In this document: piece by piece, positions 38,030-51,200 of the stretch | Layout: each line of letters starts with the position of its first letter | Position numbering within the stretch: the stretch's first letter is position 1 | Source: Paragordius varius | Lineage: Eukaryota; Animalia; Nematomorpha | Assembly (NCBI GenBank): GCA_964247055.1 | Contig: OZ176050.1 | Span: forward strand, 7,626,001-7,690,000 | Length of the DNA stretch: 64,000 nt | Reading direction: 5' to 3' | Position numbers and translations under genes: made by a program | The notes under the pieces: generated by a model | What the model was told of the DNA's origin: nothing | Seen by the model: only the letters and a program-made list of their open reading frames with translations | Databases searched by the model: none

Positions 38030-41000
38030 AAAAAAATGATCCATATATGTGGATTATTTCAAAACGTTATTTAATAGCCATGATATCATATGATTTTCAA
38101 AACGGTGCTTTCATACTAATATATTTTTTACTGGTGTAAAGGCCCCAAATTGATGGCTAACGGAAAAAACCGCTATACTATAATTTTTACCTTTTTATGG
38201 GTAATATTTAAAGTCTTTATTCTCGTGTGACTTCTTAAGTTTTTTGAAAATTAGCTCCAAAGCCACGCCATTTTTGTATGGTGTCTCAGTTTTAAACCGT
38301 AGACCCCTACCCATAGCCTATATGAAAAAAGCGCTAAGTTAAATTTTTTGCCTTTATAAGGAAAATATTTGGAATCATTTTTTAGACCATCGTCTCATGG
38401 ATTATTCGAAAAAATACCGCAACACTAAATATCGTTATATGATGGCGTATTTTTAGAGCATAATGGCCTTAAATTAACAGCTAATAAAAAAAGGCCTGAC
38501 CTTAGTTTTTATCTAGTTACGGGTAATATTTCGAACTTTAAATGAGCTCATATAGCATAAGTTTTCTTTAAATTAGTCCAAAACACGGCAATTTCTATAT
38601 AGTGGCGCAGTTTTTGGTGGGTAGCTTCTTACCCAGAGGCAGGTATAACAAATGCGTGGTGCAAAATTTTTGTTTTTATGTGGGGAATTTCTGGAATTAT
38701 AATGTCCAAATGTTCCTATCAGTTCTTGGAAATATTGCCTCAAAACTAGAAAATTGTTCTATGGCGGCGAATTTTTCAGGAAACTTTTCTTAGCGACTCA
38801 TTGAAATAACCCCCTATACTAAATATTTGTAAGGGGTAATAAATATTTTAAGCCCTTATTGAACTGACATAGTCTCATAGGTTTTCTGAAATTTGGCCCC
38901 AAAGGTACGAAATTTCGAGACGGGTCAGTTTCTAGCAGGTAGCTCCTTATCCAGCAGCTACCATCAAAGAAACGCTTGACTAAAATTTTTGCCTTTTAAC
39001 AGGCAATACCTGGAATCCTCATTGAATTTCTACGGTCTCATAGCTTGGGTAAAAAATAGATTCAAAGAATTATTTTTGCGGACTTTGTTTTTTGAAAAAA
39101 TGGCATTTTACGAGGGGAGCGGGTAAAAAGAGTAAATTAAAAAAACAGGCCGACTATGTTCGGTGCAAAAGTAAAATTATATTTGAAATCGAAGGGCCCA
39201 AGACGCTTACCGGAAAATTGTCTCAAAGACTCGAGTTTTGTGAACTTGAGTTACCCGTTTTTTACACGGGGTGGGCCCCAACTGGGGACTTAATTCAAAA
39301 AAGGGCGAAGCTATTGTCTAGGCATTCATTACTGATTATAATTTTTCAACATTTGGATTTGAATGGGTCTACAGATTTTCCGGAAACAGATCACACCACT
39401 TTCCATTATAAATATATAGATGGATATTATAGTCAAAGAGGTTATCTTTATTATCTGGCTAAAAATCTTTTATTGAAATGCTTTGAATTAGACTATCTAG
39501 CAATGACGCAAATATTAATAACAAAATATGTTTGTAATAAATTTTGATTCAGGTCCGAAAACATTTTTCCGTTGGAATTTAAAAGTATACAAAAAATAAA
39601 TATTGCTCGATATCTATATATTGATAAAAATAGAAAGTGGTGGCATTGTAATCTGTTTCCGGAAGGTAGACCCATTCGAATCCAAATGTCGAAAAAATAT
39701 AATGATTAATGAATGCCTCGACAGTAGCTTCGTCCTTTTTTTGAATTAGGCCCCCAGTTCGGGCCCACCCCGTGTAAAAAACTAAAAACACAAGTCCACA
39801 AAACTCGTGTCTTTGAGACAATTTTCAGGAAAACGTGTTTGACCATTCGATTTCAAATATGATTTTTTTTACATTTTTTCGATTGCGGCGAACATAGTCG
39901 GCTCGCCTTTTTAATTTAGGCCCTCTTTTTACCCGCTTCCCCGTAAAATGCCATATTTTTCAAAAAAACAAGTCCACAAAAATAATTTTTGAATCTATTT
40001 TTCGCCCAAGGTAGGAGACCGTAAAAATTTAATGAGAATTCTAGGTATTCCCAGTTAAATGGCAAAAATTTTAGTCGTGCGTTTTTATTTATATTGGATG
40101 CTGGTTAAGGAGATACCCGCTAAAAACTGCCCCGTCATATCGTTGCGTGCCTTTGGGGCTAAATTTCAGAAAACCTATCTGGCCATATGAGTTTTATAGG
40201 TGCTTGAAATATTACCTGTAACAAGGCAAAAATTTAGGTCGTGCGGTTTTTTAATATTGGCCGTTAATTAGGCCCTTCACGCTTTGAAAAATGCGCCACC
40301 ATAGAATGATTTCTTAGTTTTGCGGCATTTTTCCAAGAACTAAGCATATGCAATCATGATTCCAGGTATTCTCCGTAAAAAGGCAAAAAATTTTATCAAG
40401 CGCCTTTTTCGATCAGCCGGTAGAGAGCTAGCCGCCTAAAACTGCGCCACCATATCGAAAATTCGTTGTTTAGGAGTTAATTTTCAGAAAACTTATCAGC
40501 CATATAAGTTTAATAAGGGCCTGAAATATTCGTAAAAACGCAAAAATTTAACTCGAGCGGTTTTTAATTAGCCGTTAATTAGGCCCTTTAAGCCCTAAAA
40601 AATGCGCTCTCATTAAACTATTTTTTAGTTTTGAAGCCATTCCTCCAAAAACTATTTAGTACATATGGAATGAAAAAGGCAAAAAATTTTATCGAACATA
40701 TTTTATATATTGGCCTCTGTGTAGGAAGCTACCCGCCTACAACTGGGCCACCTTATCGATACAGCGTGACTTTGGAAGCAAATTTTAAAAAACTTATCAG
40801 GCCATATGAGTTTAATGAGGGCTTGAATTACTATCCGTAAAGGCATGAATTAAGTATAGCAGTTCTATTAATATACCCCGTAATTAAGCCCTTGCCCTAA
40901 AAAATGCCCCACCATCGAATGACTTTTTGGTTTTGAAGCAATTATTCGAAAATCCCACGATAGCATGTGGAATCAATTATGATTCCAGGAATTACCGTTA

Positions 41001-41425
41001 AGGCAAAAATTTTAATCGAGCGTTTTTTCGCCCCAGGTTAGGGGGCTTACCGCGTAATGCGTCACCATATCGATACATCATGCCTTTGAGCCAAATTTCA
41101 GAAAACCTAGGAGACTCTGTATGTTCAATAAGGGTCAAAGTATTTACCCCTTAAAAACAAATATTTTAGTGTAGGTGGTTATTTTAATGAGACGCTAAGT
41201 AAAGTTTTAAGCCCTGAAAAATGGGCCGCCGTAGAACAATTTTTAAGTTTTGAAGCAATATTTCTAAAAACTTATAGGAACATGTGGAATCCAAATTAAT
41301 TCCAGATATTCCCCATAAGGCAAAAATTTTGCCCAACGCGTTTTTATATCTGCCCCTGGGTAAGAAGCTACCGGCCAAAAACTGCACCACTATATAGAAA
41401 TTGCGTTGTTTTGGGGCTAATGGGT
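38030..41425. repeat. Foldback-like inverted structure: two head-to-head arrays of a ~315-bp (A+B, ~158+158) dimeric repeat
   Basis: Right arm A anchors (GGCAAAAA) at about 40061, 40382, 40678, 41002, 41319; left arm carries the reverse complement with anchors at about 38993, 38673, 38352; inner arms ~38900-39430 and ~39600-40180 are reverse complements. Confidence 0.85.
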
Positions 41426-43536
41426 ATTTATGAAGCCATATCAGCTTATTAATAGCATCTAGTATTTTATAAAATTATAAGAAACTAAACTCTTTACTAC
41501 AATTTTTTGAATATTTTGCGTAAGGCTTTTATGTTTAATGTATAAATGATAATGCTTTAAAATATGACTTAAACTACATATATATAGTCATAGCCCCATA
41601 AATTTGCTTCAAATCCACGTTAATTGTATATGGTCGTGTAAAACGCACCTACGTAGCTATGAGGCAAAAATTTCGCTTTAATACTCAAAAATGATACTAA
41701 ATTAATTTTATATTGTCTCATTGGGCAAAAATTACTATAAATTAAATTTAGGAGATTTTTTTAATGTTATTTTATGGGGAAAGGACGGCTAATCACGGCG
41801 GCTGAATTAAAAAAGTGGGCCGACAATGTCTGGAGCATTCGAAAAAACTACTAATATTGATTATAGGTCAGAGTTTCTAAAAAGTTCTCAAAGAAGTGAA
41901 TGAGTTCTCTTTGTTGCTTTGGTGGCCCTTAAATGAATAGCTAATTCAAAAAAGTAGTTCGACTATATTCGCTACATTTATATATAAATATAAATTTTTT
42001 ACTTTTTAAGATAAATGTGACATGGCTTCCCAAAAAGTTTGCCATGCAAATTGAAATTCTATAAATACAATTAAAGTTGTCACTTTGAAATATGCGCAAT
42101 ATCAACTGGTAGATCGTAGGGGGATCAAATATGCGAAAAGGGACTTTAATATTTATGATGGATAATGCTAACATAGGGCATTGGGTTCCTACTTTAAAGG
42201 CAATTAATATTTTTCCATGTGCTACGCCACTTTATTTAAGAATCAATTTTAATAATTTATTAAGAAAATAGCTAAAGCTACACTGTAGAGTAGAGAGCAT
42301 TTCTTTTAATTGGATATTTTCTCTTGCGGCATTCTATATAGGGTGTAGATCCAAATTATACTTTTAAAAAGAAATCTGTGCACATAATATATAACAAGCT
42401 GTGAATTACATTAAAGAAAATGTATTTTGCCATATTTTGTGTTTAATCTCTGGAGAATTTATTAACTTATTATTAAACAAAACATATAGTGACTGGCCTT
42501 TTCTTTCATTAAAAAATCCGACATCCTTAGTTTTCTCTTTATTTTAATGATTTCACAAAGAAACAATTTTCACCAGTTGTCCGAAATTAATTGGTTTTGT
42601 GAAGTTTTTTAAAAAATGGTTAGAAATTAAGCGTTGCCGACATCGCAAAAGTTTATATAGTTGATAGAGATTTAATTGGTCGTTGTTAAGTTTGTTTTTT
42701 ATATTAATAGTATATTTTTGCAGAAAATACAATTTTTACTTCAACAGTTAAATAAACTAAAAAGGCTTATTATAAAATTACCTCCAATATAAACTGTTTG
42801 CCTTAATAAATCAAATATCCATGTCTAAATCATTATAACCACATAATCTAACTTGACAAATGTCTAAAAAAATGATATACTTTGCTACGTAAAAAAATAC
42901 GACCAAACAGCCTTGTTTTTTGCATAGAAAATGATTTAAAATTAAAATACAGCTAAACTGCCTTCTGATGTGAAAATCCGAAAATTGTAATATACGCATT
43001 CTTTCCTCCCAAATATTACTGATGTAGGTTAACTTAAGAAAAATATTCCTTTTTAAATAAGTGGAAATTTTGCGTTTTTAATACTTTTATGAAAAATGCG
43101 TATAAATTTTCCTAGACAAGGTCAATATGAACATATTATTGGTTAAAATGGTCATTTATAAATATGTAAAAACTAAAACAAAAATATATTTTTACAAAGG
43201 ACATCTATACTTAAACATTGATTTTTTTAAGTAAAATATAGGGAGTAGATGGGCTAATTGTTAATACGCCAAATTTTATATTGCACTTATAAAGTATGGT
43301 AGTTTTTTAATAATCATAGTCTTTTAGATTTATTTTGTCTGCATGATACTTAACTGTACTATTTTTTTCTGATTTTATTGCGAAAATATATGTATTATTT
43401 TATCAATAAAATTTTTCCATGGATCAAAAGACATCCTTAACTAAAATGTTTTTACTGCAAAAAACTTTAAATTTTTAAGCACATCTCTATCTATTTGCGG
43501 AATGAACTAGATGTTATCATTTGTTGTCCTTTAGCG

Positions 43537-43757
43537 CAGTGGTCCCCAAAAGATGGAGGATTTAATCAAAAATTAAAACTACAAACAAATTTACGGATTT
43601 CAAATGCGAATGTCAAGACTTACCGATATGAAAATATTTAAAAAATGCCGATATAAGGATCTCATTGATTGGATAGATTATAATATATTTTACATTTTAA
43701 TCTTAAATTGTATTTTCAATTGGTGGGTCGTGAACAAAAAAAGGTTGGGAACCACTG
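43537..43757. mobile_element. hAT-type MITE (221 bp)
   Basis: TIR CAGTGGTCCCCA / TGGGAACCACTG; flanks CTTTAGCG/CATTAGTG (6/8, NNNTANNN pattern). Confidence 0.75.
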
Positions 43758-44096
43758 CATTAGTGAATTCGAAAATTACTATAAAAAATGCGAATGATGT
43801 ATAATAATATAGTAAAAAATATTCTTTGTCCAATAATACACAGAGAAAATAAGCAAATTCGTTTGGCCCATCAAGGGAAAATATATTTTAGCGCATACAC
43901 AAATATACTTAATTAATTACATATATTTTTGTGTAAAGTTAGGTATAATTAAATTTCATGCATTTTATATATGATAGAAACATCAATTACAAGAAGAAAA
44001 GAACTGTAATCACGAAATATCTTGTAACTGAGACAATGGCGCCAAAATCAATCATTGATGGGAATTTTTTAATCGAACAATTGTTCGAAGCTTTTA

Positions 44097-44268
44097 CAGT
44101 GGCGTATGGAGTAAAAGATTGTTAGTGCAAAATAGAAAAAAAAATGTTTTTTTTAAAAAAACAAGGGGACATTATACATATGTGTATTTACAACTAGGAT
44201 TGTTTTTTTAAAAAAAACATTTTTTTATTCTATTTTGCACTAACAATCTTTTACTCCATACGCCACTG
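44097..44268. mobile_element. Near-perfect palindromic Tc1/mariner-type MITE (172 bp)
   Basis: TA|CAGTGGCGTATGGAGTAAAAGATTGTTAGTGCAAAATAGA... with ~68-bp arms differing by about one indel; TA on both sides. Confidence 0.85.
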
Positions 44269-45169
44269 TATATATATAAATACTATTCCACGTAAAATTT
44301 GATTAATACATTTTAATGATGATTATTTCGTGTAAACTGTATAAACTATCTATTACAAATATCTTTCCGATTAATAAAAATAATAATTTATGTATATGCA
44401 TACATTGGCTATGGAAAATATAAATTTTGCCGTTGATAAAAGCAATATTTATATATGTGTGTATCAATTACAACTTCAGCAAGTCCATTTTACATCTATT
44501 TTTCGAAAGAATAAACATTTCACCAGTGTTACAGAGATAAAGAATAAATTATATCTCTGTAACTTTGAAAGTATTGATAGGCTGGGAAGTTTTCGATTAT
44601 CTATGTGAAGAAAAACATAAATACATATAAATGCCAGTACAAGTAGAGATAAGATTAATTGAATTTGGCATTCGAGCACTAACCTTTATATACATATATC
44701 TACTCTCGTATCTTACATATTTTACTAAACTATTTACTATTTGACAAATATAACTATCTTATTAATGTATATAAATAGGGAGAGAATGTAAATATATTAT
44801 AATTAAACTGTGCTGTCATAGGGGTCTAAAATATATTTGCAATATAAGTGGTAAAAAAAATTAGCTTTTTTGATTTAAGCTTAAAAATGGGGGATATACT
44901 AGATACCAAAACAATCTTGGGACTTTCATTTTCAGACCCCCACAACCCTAAAAATTAAATCGATGTATATGAATATTTACTTACATATGTCCTAATAATG
45001 CTTTAACGTTCCACAATAGCGCCACTTTAAATAATATTGATAACTAGAATGGCAATTTTAACTGCCCATTAATTCAGTCATCATATTCATAAGCAGTTTC
45101 ATTTACATTTTAATATCAAACGCAACATTAGGTATAACCAACAACCATTCAAACTCTTTTACGAATTTC

Positions 45170-45176
<7 letters not shown>

Positions 45177-45255
<79 letters not shown>
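45177..45255. repeat. Perfect (TA)~39 microsatellite
   Basis: Direct reading. Confidence 0.97.
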
Positions 45256-45258
<3 letters not shown>

Positions 45259-48200
45259 AATAAAGTATATATATTTTAATTTAAAATATTTTTTTGTCCA
45301 ACACAAACAATCCAACTAATTGATTCTTCATATTTATTGTTATAAATTGACACTTGATGATTAGATTAATAATGTATCACACTTAAACAATGGATGACAC
45401 TTTCATTTATATATAAATATATCAATGACACAAAAAAATTATATAATGCTTCTCAATTACATAAAGTCAATCCATCAATATACATTGTTTAAAAACACTA
45501 TTGTATTCAATTTGGACAACCATTCTTTTTTAGCGCAAATTACTTGTCGAAAATATTCATAATTTATATAGTATTTTTTTTATTGTTATATAAGTAGTGT
45601 ATACTTAAAAGTATGATAAGTGTTATTATATGTATATCATTACAATCCCCATTATTATGTAATTAAGGTTATTGGAGAATGTTCGAGTATAAAGTTTAAC
45701 TTTATTATATGAATAAGTAGCTCCTTCATTATCTGTATTATGTAATTGTAATATATTATATATATATATATATAGATTTTTAATTTTTATTGAATACTAT
45801 TGTGTGTGTTTTGTGTGATTAGTAAAAGTGATCGGATTACATAAAGGAATATAATCTCAACATCGATACTACTTACATTAACAATGGAGAGAGTTTTATA
45901 TTTTTATAATTTACAATAAAATTAAATAACATATAAGATATGGAGTATTATAAAATTTTAAATTACTGCTAAATCATTAAATATATTCCAAATTTTGTAA
46001 GGATGATACATAAATTGAAAGTGGTTTTTTAAATGTTTCATCAAACAATATACAATTAAGCTAATTGAACACTTAAAATACTCTCTCCTTCAATGATTTT
46101 CTTCTCTGTGTCACGGCTTTTGACTAATTTTATATTTGTATTATAAGTGATTTTTAAAATTAAATTTTATAAGCATGATATGAGATAGAGAAGGTGTTAA
46201 ATACATTATTAATATATATTTTAGGTCACTTTTATTATGTGTAATGCAACAAAACTTGAAATTTCTTGAATCTGACAGCTAAGATATCCAAGAATAACTA
46301 AAAAGGATAAAAAAGTGGTATCATTAAATAGTTTGTCATCTCATGTAAAAAGTAGATATGTAGTAGATATAACCTGTTAGAGACCTAAATATTTATTCAT
46401 TTGCAATATCTGTTGTTATACGTATTGTTGGTAAATAAATATATAAAATTGATTAAAGGGTATTAAGAATAGAAATTTTTGAAATAAAATTTCAGTTCCT
46501 AAATTTTTTAAAAAATGCTAACTTCATTGTTTGATTATAAAGGCTCCACAGTAAACTTCCAGGTTAAAATAACATTTTGGTTTAATCCTAAAAAGCACCC
46601 AATCACTTTGTTATCAACATTATAAAAAATATATGATACTGTGATTCAAGCTTTTTACTTCGATATGAAGGGCTAACAAATTTTCATATATAGAAACAAC
46701 TTTATGTTAAATTATACTTATTGAGTCATGTGAGAAAACAGTGATTAAATTTCAACCAACTAGTAAGCCTCAATTAGAGAGGACATTTGTGACGTTTTTG
46801 GTATTGGTAAATTACATTCAACACTTAACGAATAAAAAAATTATGTACAAAAAATAATGATTTTATCAAACCAACCACTTGCCTAACTTACGACAAATCA
46901 ATAGATTTTAGGGACTTGTGTAATATATTTATAGTCACCATTATTGTCTTTACTCTTGATGATGGGTTTTGCGACGATTTTCTTTGTTGGATTGATTAGT
47001 ATTTTCGCGTGTCAGGATATCCCATACTTTTCATGTCAAAATATTATGTATACACTTACGTATACATTTTATTCTATCCCTCCATCTTAATATCTTAATA
47101 TCTTAATTTGTGTAGAATACATAATTAAGATATGCATAAATGATTAATTTTTACAGATATATTTTGAGTTTTTGATAATCTTTAAAGTATAATATTTTTT
47201 TATTAGGCTCATAATAATTTTACGCAATAAATTATTTTGACACCTTGGAGTAATAGTTGATTTAGATGTTAATCCGACATCAGTTCATCAATCAATATTG
47301 GTATCTTCTAATTTATACGTCATTTGGGGGTGATTTTAACAAAAAAATTTCAAATCACTTTTGAAAGTTGTCAAGTGGTCCATAAGTTGTGTCTCTATAA
47401 AGTAGATAAGAAATAAATCAATTATTTTGATATAATTAATTATTACAAATAAATTGAATATTAAAGGTGTTACTTGTGCAATATTATACAGTCAATAGTT
47501 CAACTAATATAAGTAGTTACTGTAAAAAATGAGCAGAGATACATTAAATGTAGATCAAAACTCAAAACTAATACCAAGTCTCATATTTTTCCTATTAACT
47601 TGAACACGACATTAATTTTCGAAATTTCCGATAGTTATAGTATAGAAGGATTAGAAATCCTACAATTTTTTATGTATAATGGCACTTAACAAAACATGAC
47701 ATAAGAACGAGGTGAAAGTCACTTTTAATGAATAAAAAAAGTAATTTTTCACAGTTGGTTAGTTAAAGGATATCATTCAATCGATTGTATTAATGACAAT
47801 ATTACATTTGCCTTACCTTTGTAAGTGTAATCTTTCGGTTGACATATCCCACCCCGGCATATTTTTTAATATGAAAATGATGAGTTGTATATATTGATAT
47901 ATGTATATCAATCCTTTGTCATTAATAATTGTAACACCTTGCAAAATCATGTCTCTTTCTATACAATGAATAGTACAAAAGATAAAATGGTATTGTTCTC
48001 TAAAAATATTCAACAAATGCATTGTAATTTTAATTTTATGAACAAAAGGTGATGTCCGTTTATACCAAATCAATGTATTATATCAAAGAATTTTCTTAAA
48101 ATTTTATATATTTATGGTTTTTACCGTTACCGACTCCATATTATTTAAGAAAGGATCAATACAAAGACGTAACAGGATTCAATGGTTAATATACAATGCT

Positions 48201-51200
48201 TCTTTGAATATTAACAAAAATGTTTCTCTCTATTTTATACGAATTTTACTAGAATTATACATAATATGATTTAATTAAAATTTAAATCCGATATTATTAC
48301 ATTGTAATGTTATTTATTGATCCTCAATAATGAGTCTAACCAAAATATCTAACAAGAAGTTAAAAAATCACTTTAAAAAATCAAAAATTAATTACCTTGA
48401 TTGTTGGCTTTACAAGTTTTAACTTTTATATAAATCAAAATAGTCATATTTATAAACCAATTGCTTTGAGAAATATCTGTTGTAGAAAATAAAAACTACC
48501 AAAACCTATTGTAAAGTAAAAAACACCACATCGTTCCCCCCTAAAGCCAACCCCAAACTGAATCATATAAATTAAACAATCAATTTTGTATTGTATACTC
48601 TAATTATAACTATTCAGCTAATTATGATGTATTAGTAACAACTTTTTTACATCCTGGTTTTAAATAATTAAAGAATATATATATTATATAGTTTTTTGAT
48701 TTAGGTGTTTTTTATGTGAAGAAGTACAATATTAAATTATTTTTATAAAATATACTTATAACATAAAAATGTGTATAAAAGTACGCAAAACAAATATATA
48801 TACATATATGATCATTAATCATAAGTGATTGACTCGTATTTCGAAAAACTGAAACATATTAGGTACAATTTCTTTTATAAAGGGAGAAATATTTTATATA
48901 TCATTTTCCTTAATACATTGTAATTTTTACCTTTAAATAAAGTTAATTAACACCTTATTTTTTGTGATCAAAAAAAAACATCACATAATAGAGATTAGTT
49001 TTTTGACGCTACAAGTTTCTATCTCTCTATCTATACTTGAGATGTGTAATTTATCTTTGTTAATTATCTTCTCGACTTTTAAAAAAGTTTTTTAAAAAAA
49101 ATGAATATAATGTATCATATACATATTTACATTTTAGTAATAACTTGTATCATCATTTTTTACATATTATAAATATAATATACTAATGCAATCTTGTTAT
49201 GCTTCATTAACTTCATAATCGGTGAAATCGATCGTTCTCTCTCTCATACTTTATGATTTAAAAAAATTTGATTTTTTCTTTTACACCTAATAAATTAATA
49301 TATAATTTACGACATTAATATATATATAAAGATTTGAAAAAATGTAATTTATGTATTAGTCGTATAGAATGTTTATGTTGTTGAGAAAAAGTTGTTGTAA
49401 CTTATCTCATTCAACCTAATTCTTCTTTTTATACTTGTAAAAATTCCATTCCATACTCAATCATGAATGATTTATAAAATTGATCAAAAAAATCAAAAAA
49501 TAATCGAAAATTAAATAATCAAATATAATATTTTATACCGTTGTAAAATACCTTATACTGAAGTTAATTTTACTAACTGCCGAATTTAACAGCTAGGTAT
49601 AAATCTTTTTTAAGCCTCGTTCACTTTGGCTTCAATGACTATGGATTTTAAATATGGACTGGAACTAATTTAATATTTATTGATTTTTCCCGTGAAAATT
49701 GATGTTTTATTTAATATTTTCTTTATTTACATAGCGGCAATAATCCTCTGTATAGTGATTTTGAATAAACGAATCTAAATATAAAAATTATTTTGGGCTT
49801 GGTGAGACCAGTTTCTTGTATTTATGATTTAGAGTGATATTTCGTAAAATTGATAAAAAAAATAGTCAATTTGTGTAAATATAATAAATGTTTTCATACA
49901 ATTTCCTATCTATAATGATAAATTAGTATACATTCAATGTCTATACTTAATGTTCATATCTACCTTCCTGGATATATTGTTTCACTTTATTAGCTAGCAA
50001 GCATTGGAATTTAGCCTTGAGGCACCAATTATAAATCACACGCTTATTGATTAATCATAAACATATATATACTATAATTTATATCACAACATATATATAT
50101 ATATATGTACTTTAAAAATCAACAATAGATAATATCCTTAGCAATTGATAGTCTAATCAAAATTTCGCTATATTACCAAAACTAAATTTATCATTATAGT
50201 ATAATTGTGATGATAAAATTCTTCCTTGTTCTCTCATATTTCTATCAATATTATACAATATTAAACGTGAAAAGGGGATTATTTTATAAGGATCTTAACA
50301 TTACCAGTATCATCATTAATATAAGTATAATATTGTTACAATAGAATGGTGTTAATTTCACTATATATACATATTTATTATTACACATTATCTAATATAT
50401 CGAATTAAAATGTAATTTATCAAATTATAAATTATAATGTACAAATAACAATCAAATATTATAATATAATCACTCATATTGTATATAATTTATTTACTTT
50501 ATAATTACATTTGTACAGGATGAATAAATCTACTAAATATATTAATTTTTATTCAACAATTCATATAAATTTCCACTAGCCCAGTTTAAACTATAAATAC
50601 TTATTTTTATAAATTTGGGCCAAAATAAGTGTTATGCATGTGGGCCAGCGTATATGACCCAAAGCTCCAATGGTATTGTCGCCAAAAGAGTTAATTTTAT
50701 CATTTTTATGTGCTTTTTAACCTTAACAACTGAATATTGGTGGCTATTTAATATAAGAACATTTTATAATATACCTGAATCTTAAAAAAAATGGTTTATT
50801 CTAAGAAAATAAACCCCCTGGTCACATATTTTTTAACATTTTAACACAATAAATTTCATGTCACATTAGTAGTCAAATAATTGATTGTAATTGTAAAATT
50901 ATATTTACATAGTTATGTAAAAAAATTCATACTTTATAATGTTTTGATTGTTAAAAGTAAAAAATTTACATCAATTTTTTGGTGACAAATATGCGCGACA
51001 ACATTATCATTTGATTGACATGTTGTATTCGCGTACATAAAAAATTGTTCATATATCTAAAATGAATTGGAATAACATTTTAATTATCCAAATTTTATGA
51101 AATAAAAAATCTTAAACTATAAAATAATACATTTGAAAGATCAAGGTAAACCCTAAAACATGACTTAATAAAAATCTCGCTACACTCTTTGTTTAAGCTA

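Noticed and set aside
39092-39821. ORFs 39092-39547(+) and 39579-39821(-) as a transposase or gene in the foldback
   Set aside because: They are mirror images from the inverted arms, start at TTG, differ in frame and show no recognisable domain
45103-45315. 70-aa minus ORF
   Set aside because: Driven by the stop-free (TA)39 repeat
47027-47059. Extra intron extending the divergent micropeptide into WRDRIKCI-LWDILTREN...
   Set aside because: It would need a 33-nt intron with a weak acceptor, shorter than any other intron modelled here (minimum 72 nt)
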